The position numbers and the translations under genes were made by a program. From Prorocentrum cordatum (Eukaryota): DNA of 64,000 bases. The stretch covers positions 372,001 through 436,000 of the forward strand of contig CAUYUJ010000115.1 in the NCBI GenBank assembly GCA_963575745.1. The letters run 5' to 3'. This document shows positions 23,206 through 33,197 of the stretch, piece by piece. The notes under the pieces were generated by a model that was given only the letters and a program-made list of their open reading frames with translations, was not told where the DNA came from and did not search any database. Within the stretch, counting starts at the first letter, position 1. Each line of letters opens with the position of its first letter.

Positions 23206-24235
23206 CCAACCTTCGTTGGGTGCCAGGCTGGTGCTGCGCCGTGTTCTCTCGTTCTCCTGGACAGCGGCTCAGCACTTCAGGTGGGCAGATGCTCGACTAT
23301 GGAGCTCCAGGCAAGAGGCAGAGCTGCTGCTTTCTGCACTGGCTCGGGAATCACAACGAGCACCATGACCAGATAACCCGATATCGGTCCATTTAGGGTT
23401 GCTCCGATGCTGCAGCCTGAGCTGCATTCCAGTCGGTCGTAGGGTCTCGCGAGCTAGCGGGGAGGGCAAAGGCGCTGGTCGAGCGCAACAACGCGGCGGA
23501 GGCGATCGTCCAGGTTGACAAAGAACCCTCTTTCTCGGATCTCGAGGGGGCGCTGCGGCTGTGTTTTTTCTGCGGGCCTGTTCCCACCGGGTTGGCTGCG
23601 GTTGTTGCCGTGCTCTGCGGAACGGGTGCCGTGCGGTAGACTGCGCTCCAGGTTGAGCGGTGGGACTGCCTGGGGCGGGGGACTATGTTTCACGCTGGAC
23701 TGGAGCTGTGCGGATGGCTGTCTGTGAATGCGGCGGCGTTCGGGCTTGTGAGGGCTCGGCATTGCGAGCGGTGGCCGGGTCTCGGGGCCTCGCCACGGCT
23801 GGAGCGCTGAGCCTTCCCTTGGGAGCTTGGGCCGCAGTGCCTTGCTCCTCGGGCTGGCCTGCAGGGCTGGTTCGCTCGAGCTCTGGCGTCGTGACTCTGG
23901 GCTCTCGTTTGGGAGTCTGCGGGGGTCCCTGGGGGCGGGGCCGAAGTGCCCTGTGCCGCGCGCAGGCTGCCGTAGTGTTTTCGAGTTGCTGGGGGCTGTC
24001 CGAAGGGAGCGACGCACACAACAAACGAAAGACGATGGAGGAGGGGGGAGGAGGAGGAGGAGGAGGAGGAGGAGGAGGAGGAGGAGGAGGAGGAGGAGGA
24101 GGAGGAGGCATGAGCGGGAGAGCGGGAGGAGGAAGGAACAGGAGCAGGAGCAGGGGAGGAGAAGTGGGAAGGCGAGAGGCAGGAGGCAGGAGCAGGAAGA
24201 AAGCGGCAAGAGGATAGGTGGAGGAGGCCAGGCAC

Positions 24236-24355
24236 CGCGGCGAAAGTGAACTCGACCCTTAGCGCGTGCACGCAGGAGGCCACGAAGGCAAGCACGGGGT
24301 CCGCGGCCAGGAACGAGAGCACGGGGCTGGTGGCGTTGGCAGCCGACGACTCCAT
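24236..24355 (-). CDS. PPR protein, probable exon 1 (MESSAANATSPVLSFLAADPVLAFVASCVHALRVEFTFAA)
   Basis: ATG at 24355, GC3-rich, GCG|GT donor; joining to exon 2 gives a continuous hydrophobic helix FTFAAVLGVLWAVG. The 8-exon model totals 1923 nt, 640 aa. Confidence 0.65.
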
Positions 24356-24444
24356 TCTCTTCTTCTTCTTCGGGTCTCTATGGCCCCAGACCCCTTCGCG
24401 TCGTGAAGACACAACGACGCACAGATGCTGCAGGATCCAACAGC

Positions 24445-24660
24445 ATCGAATCGGAAGATCGGATCGAATTGGACTGTGCGTCGAATCGGACCGCACCGGC
24501 ACGGAGTCGAAATCGAATCGGATCGGCTGCACCGGGATGCACAACAACGCCGTGTACCCGTCGGGTCGCATCGGATCGGGGGGAAATCGACATCGAAATC
24601 GGATCGGATCGGGCCGGCAAGAATCAGCATCGAACCGGATCGATCGGATCGAAACGGACC
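24445..24660. repeat. ATCGG/ATCGA-rich degenerate repeat
   Basis: Direct reading. Confidence 0.75.
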
Positions 24661-26170
24661 CTGCCGGGTTGAGCTCCGCAGCTGGTGCCTGGTCTGCCCC
24701 CAACCATCCAACGCTGTGGAAAACACCATGCGGCACAGATCTTCGCCGCTTTCTGCATCTGGGAGCCCTCACCGGGCCCAGAGGCCGCCGAACAACGACC
24801 TCGGGTGAAAAGCCCCCTCCTGGTGAGGTGTCTAGATCTCTGCAGGGGTTGACGCTGCGAGAATCTCACGACATCGGGGGTCTGGGTACGGTAGGCAGAA
24901 TGCAGCCAGGCGAATGTGAATGCCGCGTGTTCGGCCATGGCCTCTCCGGTGCCCATGCGACCTCCTTCGGCGGTGCTCTCGGCGGTCCTGAGGCGAGGAC
25001 GTCTTCGGTCTCCGGCGGCTCTTCTGTGTGAGAGCTGAATGGTCGGGTTCGACGAGAGGTCCACGATCGAACACAAAATGGATGGTATCGCCCGTGAAGG
25101 CGAGGGAGACTTAGTCCTGAGACTTAGGCGGTGAACGGGTGAACACAGTCTGGTTGCCGAAGCTAACTCCGGAGCTCGAGCCAAGAGAAGGTGTAGGAGG
25201 AGACGGAGTGGGGGGAGAAGCAACATGACGGAAGAGACGATGCAGGAAGCGTGAAACGAAGCACGAGAGCATGGGGATGGATTCTGCACCTCCTCGCGTC
25301 ACAACTCTGCTCTTGCGGCAACGACATATGGACGTATGGCGGCCACGACCGCGATGCTCCTCTTCGCACTACTCGTGAATACACATCCTTCTCGCACTCT
25401 GTCTCCCTATTATCCGCGTCTCTCCTCCCTCCAATACTCGTCCTCCTCCTCCATTATTCTTCCAACTCCCCTTGCTTGCCCCCTCCTTTGTTCTCGCTGC
25501 TCCATCCTGACTCCTACTACCCTCGCGGGTTTGTAGCGCGGGCGGGGAGAGGGACGGAGGAGGGATAGGAGGAGGAGGAGGAGGAGGAGGAGGAGGAGGA
25601 GGAGGCGGAGGAGGAGGAGGAGGAGGAGGAGGAGGATAATAAGGAGGAGGATAAGAGGAGGAGGAGGAGGAGGAGGAGGAGGGAGGAGGAGGAGGAGGAG
25701 GAGGAGGAGAGGAGAATGAGGAGGAGGAGGAGGGGGAGGAGGGGGAGGAGGAGGAGGAGGAGGAGGAGGAGGAGGAGGAGGGAGGAGGAGGAGGAGGAGA
25801 GGAGGAGGAGGAGGAGGAGGAGGAGGAGGAGGAGGAGGAGGGGGGAGGGGAGGATAGGAGGAGCAGGAGCAGGAGGAGGAGAAGAGGGGAAGTAGGAGGA
25901 GGGAGGGGCGGATGAGGGAAGGACGGGATGAGGGAGGAGGGGGAGAAGGAGGAGAAGGAGGAGGAGGAGGAGGAGAGGAGGAGGAGGAGGAGGAGGAGGA
26001 GGAGGAGGAGGAGGAGGAGGAGGGGACATCCTGACTCCTACTACTCTCGCGGGTTTGTAGCGCGGGTGGGGAGAGGGAGGGAGGAGGAGGAGGAGAGAAG
26101 GAGGAGTAGGAGGAGGAGGAGGAAGAGGAGGAGGAGAAGGAGGAGGAGGAGGATGAGGAGAGGAGGAGAA

Positions 26171-26201
<31 letters not shown>

Positions 26202-26212
26202 GAGCAGGAGGA

Positions 26213-26227
26213 GGAGGGGGAGGGAGG
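26213..26227 (+). repeat. LINE target-site duplication, left copy
   Basis: GGAGGGGGAGGGAGG, identical to 33183-33197 and directly adjacent to both element ends. Confidence 0.8.
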
Positions 26228-26273
26228 TATGGTATGGTATGGGTTTGCGCTAAACGCGGGGTCAAGCCCCAAT

Positions 26274-29200
26274 TCAGAAGGACTCGGCGTCGGAGTCGCC
26301 CTCCTCAGGGCTGTCCGCGCTCCGCAGCAGGGCCGAGCGGCCGAGGTCACGGACCAGTTCGAGCTCCCCCTCCCACAGCCCAAACGCCCTCAGCACCTCG
26401 GCCCGCCCCCCATGGTCAGCCCGCCCCCATCCGCCACAGGCCCCGACGCTTAGGGCCGCGGGCTGTGGCTCTGGGGGCAGGCTCAGCTCGGCCTCGGCGA
26501 GGCTCGAGCGGGTCGCTGGCAGCACTCCATGCGGCTTCCCGACCTTCAGCGAGCGCACATTGGCGCGGTACGAGGGGAACTCTCCTTTCTTGATCCTCCG
26601 CAGCTGGTCTACGCCTCCAGCTTTGGCCTTCTCGGGGCACCACCCCCTTAGGCCTGGGGATAACTTGCCGTCCGAGGAAACGGTGCCACAGCGGCAACAG
26701 AAGACGACAGAAGAAACGTGGGCAGTGCGGCAGAGCACGTCAGCCTCCAGCAGGTTGTGGCCTTGCCACCAAAAACTGGCATCTGCATATTCTTCCCACC
26801 CGTCTCCCACCCCGTACGGCGACCCCACCTCCCCTCCACGGCCGCGCGCCTGGGGCTCAGGCTCGGGGTCTTCTGGGGTCTCAGGGTCCTCCTCAGCAGC
26901 AGCGCCCCGAGACCTCCAGTACGCTTCCATCAAATCTTCGTGGTCCTGGCCATTGGACTCTACGTGCACCCAAGCCGCCCAACGGGCGGACTCTTGGGCT
27001 AAAAACACAAAGCCTTGCCACAACTGAAACTGCTCTTCGCCTACGCCGTGCTCCGCAGCACCGAGCTTCGCAAACCTGTCGGCGTGGGCGTTCCCTCTGT
27101 ACTCCCACTCCGTGGTAACACCCGCATCTACCTGGGCTCTGGTACAGTGGGCCTTGGTTTTAAAAACTTGGAAGTCCCCTTCGGAGAACGCACCCCAGAA
27201 CGGACTCCAGAGCTGGGCCCGACCACAACTGCTTTGGGATCCAGAGCCCGCGCCGCCCCGCAAAGTCCCAACAGTGCCTGCACAGTCGATGAAGACGTCG
27301 AAGGGCGCCATAGCACAAACGCGCAGCATCGAGACGGCGTAATCCTCCGCGTCTCTAGAACTCTGCTTAGGGCAAATACGACGTGGGACGGGCCCGTAGG
27401 ACGCCGAAATTACATCGCCAAATCTATCCACCTGCACGATGGCCCAGCCCGCTCGGGCCAAAAACGGGGCCGAGGCCCATAAGGCCGACCCGTCTAAGAA
27501 CAGCGTGCCACTCAGGAGCCCTGACTCAGGACGGTTGTGCCACAAGATGGTATCTTGGGCCTCGGTCGCGACGTGGAAGACCAACTCTGGCGACGGGAAC
27601 AGGCCTCTCGCAAACCTCTCCCCCTCGTCGTACCCCCATTCGCGGACCCTGCGGGCTCTCGTCCTGTGGAAATCGTCAACCCATTCACGTCTGAGCCCTG
27701 CATACTTTGGGCACTCGTATGCCCTGTGCCACAAGGACCCGTCGGGATCTCCACATACAAGACACCTCGCTGAGCCAACAAGTCCATGGTGGTGAAGCCG
27801 ACTTTGTGGCCAGTGTCCTCCAGAAACCAAGGATCTCAACGTCCTCTGAAACCTCTTCGTCCAGGATCCCTTGGTTCGATGCAGGAGCCCCTCAAGTCCT
27901 GCCCAAAATATCGGCAAATTCCACCTGGCTTTGGGCTCACGACAAAAAAGAGCTTGGCGATCGGAAGCTCGCCTGGCTCCTGCAACTGCTAGCTCCTGAA
28001 CGAGCGCTGGAGGTAAAACGCGAAGGTCAAGTGCTTCCTGCCGATCCGTGACCATGCACGCTCCTGACCGAAAACTCCAGCCTATCCTGCGAAGACTGAG
28101 CACTGCTACTTCAGCTGGGGCTGCTGCTTGTCTCCAAGGTGATTGGACTCCTTCGAGACGGCCCAGGGCTCCTTCAAGACACCGTTCCAAAACAGGAAGC
28201 TTCGGAAGCGACTCCCAGACCGCCGCCGCCCATTGGAACACAACCATCCCGATGTTCAACAGCAGCGGGTCCACTCGGACCCCTTCAGCATAGCTCAAGA
28301 GACGGAGCCCGACCGTGGAGCCCTTGGGGACCTTCCCGAGACTTCCAGCAGCTCCCAATCGAAGCCGATGAAGTTGGGTCGAAGGAATCCCCATGATGCT
28401 GGACCCCCATAGAGCCGACGCCGTAGGGCCTCCACGCTGAATGAACCCCGTGTTGGCCCCCGCCTCCCTGAGCTTCTTAATCTTAATCGTCCTCCCTCTG
28501 GCCTTGTCCCACCTGTCCCGAGTGATCTGAACCCTCCGTATGGACCCCATCACCGCGTCGGTGCCGAGGTTCCTTGCATGGTCCACCTTGCTTTCCTTCG
28601 GGAGGTCCCACAGGGGCTGCAAGGCCTCATTCAAGTCCGAGTCGCTAGTCATGTACTTCGACTTTTCCGAGACGGGGAGCTCGAGCTCCGAGAAACTGGA
28701 CAGCAGGGACTGCACACCTGCGGCGAGCTGCGGTGCAATGAGCTGCTGCGGACCAACAATCTGCAGCGCGATATCGTCTATCACGTTACGGATGCACAAC
28801 TGCGGCCGGCCAGACTGCGCGGCCGAGAGCGGCGACAACAAAAGCAACTTCGTAAGCGCGGTAGCTGCAGAGCACCCTGCTATGACTGCCCCATTGCCTT
28901 GCACCTTCCTAGATACCGCCCCTCCATAGTGCAGCATCCTATCCCCTGCATAAATCACGCACAACCCTCGCAGGAGCTTCAAATTGAAACCATGCTGGCA
29001 CGCCGCACGATACAAGTCCATATGGTCGATGTGCTCATAGAACTTCTTAAGGTCCAGGAGCACCGTCGCCGCCGAGGTCCCCAGGACTTTCCCGAAATGG
29101 GCCAGCATGTTGTGGACCCATCCTGCTCGTTCACAGGTAGACGTGGCCCCGACGCCCCAGAAGAAGGCCTGCTCGTGGGCCTGTTCCCAGGTACGGCAGA

Positions 29201-31868
29201 TGTTTTGACGGCACTTCGACCAGATCTTGGTGAACATGCACAATAATCCTATCGGGCGTACTCCACCATCTGGCTTGTCGAGGAAGATGATATTCGTCAA
29301 AAACTCTGCGATCACACAGGGTCGATCCTCGAACGAGCGAAGGATGTCGATAACACGCAATTGATACTCTTCTGGAAGAAACAAGATCTGGCGGGGATGG
29401 AAGGAGTCCCACCCAAGACCAGCCCCTTCCCCATACGAGTTACACACACGTCTCAACTGTTCCAGAGAGATAGGTGGTAATTCTTGTCCCAACACATCCC
29501 AATGAGCTGGGTGATCTTTGCTGAGCCTGCCTTCTTTGTGCCAGAGGGGAAGCCACTGCTCTAGAAGCTGGAGGAGCGCGAGCTCACCGTTGACTGGTAA
29601 GCGGCCGTGGTCGTCTACGACACTGAACGGGACCGTCCTGTCTGCGCGAGAAACCCTGGAATATGCATGCGCTGCCTTCCCTCCCCGCTGCACTGACGAC
29701 TTAGCCCACTCCTTCCACTCCGATAGGGACTCCTTGGCGTCCAACTTTCGCAGGCCTTCTACATACTCTCGTAACTGCCCGAACAGCCCTTCTAACTCCT
29801 CTCTGAGCCCCATGGATATCCCTTCGACTAGGCTGACCAAAAATCGGACATTCGTGCCTTCGTCTGGCGCCTCCAGCGCCGAGATCATCCCGAACAGGGC
29901 GGCACACCATTCATGAAAAAGACCGCGAGCTCTGGCGCCTAGCATATCTGGGCCAACTGCAGCAGCTCGACGCGCCAACGCCTCGAAGGACATCCAACTG
30001 GTGGTCCGCTTTGAATATCTTCTCCTAGACTCTCGGTCCCAAACCGTCTCGAGGGGAACCTTAGTGACTTTAGGCCCCCCAGCTCTTCCACACGTCCTGG
30101 CCGCGCTAGCACTGTCTAGGTCGTGGCACTGCACGAGCCAGCCCTCGGCCTGGGTGAACCATTCCCTGACCATGGACCCCAAACAGTGCGAGCCTCCTCC
30201 AACTTCCCAAGACCACGTGCCTTCCGTAGGGAGCCTCCGAGGACCCACAAGCTTGTCCAAGGGGAACTGCGCATATCTAACCTGCTTCGGGACAACCGTC
30301 GACGGGGCCAGGTTCTTGACAACGATACCCACAGGCATATGAGGCCACGAGGGGGCTGCAGGGAACGCCAGGACCTCCTTGACGCAGTGCCCCAAACACC
30401 TGGACCCCACGAAGAAATCGATCTCCCGCTCATCCTTCCTGTCGAACTCCTCCTCGGGCCCTGAACTGGATCCTGGAGCGGGCCCTGATCGACACGTAGC
30501 GTGGCCCGTCGTAAACATACATCCCCCAACCTTGGACACCCATTCCGATGCTTCGAGTTCCTCAGGGGTGAGGTTCCAGTCCCCTTGCACGATCCAGAGG
30601 CAGGTGAGGGACTTGATGTACTCTCCGAGAGTGTTCAATACCTCAACGTTGTCCCCTGCGACTCCAATGCTGGTGTAGAGGTAGACCGAGAAGACCATCA
30701 ACCCGCCTGGAAGTCCTACGTTGATGTGCCTGCTTGCCACTCGCGACTTGAAAGGTTCCAACTCGGGTGGCCTTGGCACACTAGAGGACGCCAGAGAGCT
30801 GGCCACTGCCAAGCCTACTCCTGCCGAGGACTGCGTCGGACCTGGCCCAGTAGACGCTGCAGGTCCTAGAGAAAAAGCGAAGGAGCGGCGATCGCCCCAG
30901 CCATAGGCGGAGTCCAACTTGCCCTTCTCCTTCAGCCGAGTCTCTTGCACGCAGATCACATGCGGCTTGACTGGTTCGCCTGAAGCCGACACCACGCCGA
31001 AGAGGTTCGCTTCTTGGTCCCTACACCAGTCAACCACATTAGTGAACGAGTCCCACGTGTTCGCATTCACTCCAAAGATGATCAGATCGCTGACGATCGT
31101 GCCCGCGTGGTCGACTCCTCGAACCACGCCGTCCTGACCTAGTTTTCCCTTTTTGCGTCCATCGCCAGGTGGGGACGAGAGATGGTGTAGCCCTTTCCGC
31201 TCGGAGGGCAAGTCTCCTTGGGCACCGTCGGGGCTAGCTTGACACACCGCTGCCCCTGCCGCAGGTGGAGGCAGACCGCCACATCCTTCCATGAAATCGC
31301 CCAGGCCTCCACCGAGAACACAGGGCCCATCACTTCCAGATGCGACGCAAGCCTGCAACGCACCATGCCCATGAACAGGAGGGGAGGAGAGGTGGCGCGG
31401 GCCTTTCCGCCCCACAGATGCACCTCCAGACGCCCTGGTACTTCCTCTCGACGTGGTGCCCGAAGACGCGGGAGCCGCCGACCCCGCGGTGGTACCCGAA
31501 GAAGATGTGGACTCGCGGGGAAGGCCCCCAGCCCCGTTGCGACCGAGGGGTCCCACCTCGCGCGACATAAGAGACAGTGACGCTATCGGGGTCGAGGTCG
31601 ACCCAGCAGGCGATGTCCCTGGCCCTGACCCTCTTCGAGGGTCCTCGACCCGAGGGGGGGCTGCTCCGCGAGACCGTCCGTCTCTGTCCGAAGCTCCGTG
31701 GCCCAGGCGAGGCCACTGCCGTGGGTCCAGACCGACCCCGTCGAACTGGCGGAACAGCTCCGTGTCGAAGATGAGGTCGTCCCTCCGCACTGGGACTGCG
31801 AAACCCGTCGCCTGCTCCCAGTCGAAGTCGATCACGTTGCCCCTGGTGAACGCGTCGAGGTCGGCCAT
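26274..31868 (-). CDS. LINE ORF2: AP endonuclease, reverse transcriptase, zinc finger, RNase H, C-terminal zinc finger (1864 aa from first ATG after ORF1)
   Basis: APE motifs GVNANT, CVQETRL, QGDWN, IDFF, WPH; RT motifs KPDGGVRPIGLL, LLDLKKFYEHID, IAGC, VIDD; CLVC..H....C; RNase H FLDGS, AED, IDC, KAH, GNAHADRFAK; H...CCRC...C. Start codon inferred. Confidence 0.93.
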   Translation of the reverse strand: MADLDAFTRGNVIDFDWEQATGFAVPVRRDDLIFDTELFRQFDGVGLDPRQWPRLGHGASDRDGRSRGAAPPRVEDPRRGSGPGTSPAGSTSTPIASLSLMSREVGPLGRNGAGGLPRESTSSSGTTAGSAAPASSGTTSRGSTRASGGASVGRKGPRHLSSPPVHGHGALQACVASGSDGPCVLGGGLGDFMEGCGGLPPPAAGAAVCQASPDGAQGDLPSERKGLHHLSSPPGDGRKKGKLGQDGVVRGVDHAGTIVSDLIIFGVNANTWDSFTNVVDWCRDQEANLFGVVSASGEPVKPHVICVQETRLKEKGKLDSAYGWGDRRSFAFSLGPAASTGPGPTQSSAGVGLAVASSLASSSVPRPPELEPFKSRVASRHINVGLPGGLMVFSVYLYTSIGVAGDNVEVLNTLGEYIKSLTCLWIVQGDWNLTPEELEASEWVSKVGGCMFTTGHATCRSGPAPGSSSGPEEEFDRKDEREIDFFVGSRCLGHCVKEVLAFPAAPSWPHMPVGIVVKNLAPSTVVPKQVRYAQFPLDKLVGPRRLPTEGTWSWEVGGGSHCLGSMVREWFTQAEGWLVQCHDLDSASAARTCGRAGGPKVTKVPLETVWDRESRRRYSKRTTSWMSFEALARRAAAVGPDMLGARARGLFHEWCAALFGMISALEAPDEGTNVRFLVSLVEGISMGLREELEGLFGQLREYVEGLRKLDAKESLSEWKEWAKSSVQRGGKAAHAYSRVSRADRTVPFSVVDDHGRLPVNGELALLQLLEQWLPLWHKEGRLSKDHPAHWDVLGQELPPISLEQLRRVCNSYGEGAGLGWDSFHPRQILFLPEEYQLRVIDILRSFEDRPCVIAEFLTNIIFLDKPDGGVRPIGLLCMFTKIWSKCRQNICRTWEQAHEQAFFWGVGATSTCERAGWVHNMLAHFGKVLGTSAATVLLDLKKFYEHIDHMDLYRAACQHGFNLKLLRGLCVIYAGDRMLHYGGAVSRKVQGNGAVIAGCSAATALTKLLLLSPLSAAQSGRPQLCIRNVIDDIALQIVGPQQLIAPQLAAGVQSLLSSFSELELPVSEKSKYMTSDSDLNEALQPLWDLPKESKVDHARNLGTDAVMGSIRRVQITRDRWDKARGRTIKIKKLREAGANTGFIQRGGPTASALWGSSIMGIPSTQLHRLRLGAAGSLGKVPKGSTVGLRLLSYAEGVRVDPLLLNIGMVVFQWAAAVWESLPKLPVLERCLEGALGRLEGVQSPWRQAAAPAEVAVLSLRRIGWSFRSGACMVTDRQEALDLRVLPPALVQELAVAGARRASDRQALFCREPKARWNLPIFWAGLEGLLHRTKGSWTKRFQRTLRSLVSGGHWPQSRLHHHGLVGSARCLVCGDPDGSLWHRAYECPKYAGLRREWVDDFHRTRARRVREWGYDEGERFARGLFPSPELVFHVATEAQDTILWHNRPESGLLSGTLFLDGSALWASAPFLARAGWAIVQVDRFGDVISASYGPVPRRICPKQSSRDAEDYAVSMLRVCAMAPFDVFIDCAGTVGTLRGGAGSGSQSSCGRAQLWSPFWGAFSEGDFQVFKTKAHCTRAQVDAGVTTEWEYRGNAHADRFAKLGAAEHGVGEEQFQLWQGFVFLAQESARWAAWVHVESNGQDHEDLMEAYWRSRGAAAEEDPETPEDPEPEPQARGRGGEVGSPYGVGDGWEEYADASFWWQGHNLLEADVLCRTAHVSSVVFCCRCGTVSSDGKLSPGLRGWCPEKAKAGGVDQLRRIKKGEFPSYRANVRSLKVGKPHGVLPATRSSLAEAELSLPPEPQPAALSVGACGGWGRADHGGRAEVLRAFGLWEGELELVRDLGRSALLRSADSPEEGDSDAESF

Positions 31869-31941
31869 GCCGACGCCCGCCCACGCCGCTGGCACGGGGG
31901 CACTGGTCGCCACTGGGTCAGTATCAGCCCGCTCTCTGCCG

Positions 31942-33057
31942 TCACCCTCGACGCGCCTTCTTGGCCGTGTGCTCGGCGAGCAGCTTGGCCACGGCTGCAG
32001 ACGTGTCCCCTTCGCCGTCCATGGCGCGCTTGAGGGACTCCTGGAAGTCGGCCTCCAGGAAGTCGGACTCGTCCATGGGGACGGCCTGGTGCTCTCCTCC
32101 ATTCCCAGGGGCATCCTCTGCCTGGCTCCCAGCACCAGCACCATGATCGCCAGGAGGGCCTGGGCGAACGTCCTCGTCCTCTGTCGCCTGCTTGGCTGCC
32201 TCCGCCTCCGCAGCCGCCTTGCGCTGCAGCTCCTCGAGGACAGCAAGGGCATCCTTTCCTTCCTGCGTGGACAGCACCGCAGGTTCCAGCCCCGCCGTGA
32301 GCACCTTGAGAGGGTTCTCGTGCTCACCTGCCTGGAGCTTCGCCAGCACTCCTCGGGCGGCGACGAGGTCCGCCTTGGCCTGGTCGATCCCCTTCTGGAT
32401 GCCGTCCAACTCCTCGTCGAGGGCTGCCCTCTGCTCGTTGATGACAACGCAGCGGGCCTCTGCCTTCTGGATCTTCTTCTTGAGGTTCTCCACCTTCCAC
32501 CAGGCCGACATTGTGGTGGGCGGCTTGGGCGGCGCCGTAGCCTTGGTCTGCGCTGCCGCCAGGACCGCAGCATGGGCGTCCTCAAGGCCCTCACTCTTGA
32601 GGAACTCCGCCACCAGCTCATGAGAGAGCCCTGCAGCAGCCGCTGGCGCCTCGCCCTTGGCCTTCGGCGGGCCGCCTCCAGCAGGGCCCTGCCCCTTGCC
32701 AATGCCCTTCGCCTTGGCGCCCGCTGGCTGCTCGTGCCAAGGGGGCGCTGGCGGCGCCGGCTTGCCGCTGAGCTCCGCCACCTTGGCCCGCAGCTCCTGG
32801 ATGATCCTCGCCTGCTCGGCCGCGACTGCCCCTCCTGGCGGCCCATCGGCCCAGGCTCCCTGAGCACGTTGCTTGACCGAAAACGAGGGACTCTGGGTAG
32901 CCGCAGCAGCTCTGCGCGCCGCCTGGACCACCTTTGCGGGTGCCGATGCCCCGCAGCTCCTGCACTTGACCCGATTCGCCCAGTTGTTCCAGCAGCCGCA
33001 AGAGCACCCCCAGTAGGGGGTGCGCGCGCCTGGCAGCACATCGGGCTGTGGAACCAT
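31942..33057 (-). CDS. LINE ORF1 (371 aa): RanBP2-like zinc finger plus coiled coil
   Basis: WGCSCGCWNNWANRVKCRSC near the N-terminus; helical region KVENLKKKIQKAE...LAKLQ; basic C-terminus KKARRG; ATG at 33057. Confidence 0.85.
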   Translation of the reverse strand: MVPQPDVLPGARTPYWGCSCGCWNNWANRVKCRSCGASAPAKVVQAARRAAAATQSPSFSVKQRAQGAWADGPPGGAVAAEQARIIQELRAKVAELSGKPAPPAPPWHEQPAGAKAKGIGKGQGPAGGGPPKAKGEAPAAAAGLSHELVAEFLKSEGLEDAHAAVLAAAQTKATAPPKPPTTMSAWWKVENLKKKIQKAEARCVVINEQRAALDEELDGIQKGIDQAKADLVAARGVLAKLQAGEHENPLKVLTAGLEPAVLSTQEGKDALAVLEELQRKAAAEAEAAKQATEDEDVRPGPPGDHGAGAGSQAEDAPGNGGEHQAVPMDESDFLEADFQESLKRAMDGEGDTSAAVAKLLAEHTAKKARRG

Positions 33058-33165
33058 GCGCCGCTCGCGGTGCGGTCGCTGGCTCCTCTCCGTGAAAGAA
33101 CGAAAGGATGGCTCGCAAGCGCGAGCCGCTCTGAAGAACGCGCTTGCAAGCTCAGGCCACAACAG

Positions 33166-33182
33166 CCTGAGCCAGAACGGCT
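33166..33182 (-). other. Spliced-leader relic forming the LINE 5' terminus
   Basis: AGCCGTTCTGGCTCAGG versus AGCCATTTTGGCTCAAG: 14/17, all three differences are transitions; starts at the first base after the TSD. Confidence 0.75.
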
Positions 33183-33197
33183 GGAGGGGGAGGGAGG
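33183..33197 (+). repeat. LINE target-site duplication, right copy
   Basis: GGAGGGGGAGGGAGG, identical to 26213-26227. Confidence 0.8.

Larger units (their letters stand above)
26228..33182 (-). mobile_element. Full-length non-LTR retrotransposon (APE-type LINE with RNase H)
   Basis: Two intact ORFs, 15-bp TSD, (CCATA)3 3' tail at 26242-26228, ~30-nt 3' UTR, SL-like 5' end. Confidence 0.95.

Noticed and set aside
26274..33149. A single 2291-aa protein as given in the ORF track
   Set aside because: The first 427 codons are the +1 shadow of ORF1 and do not look like protein; ORF2 more plausibly starts at 31868.
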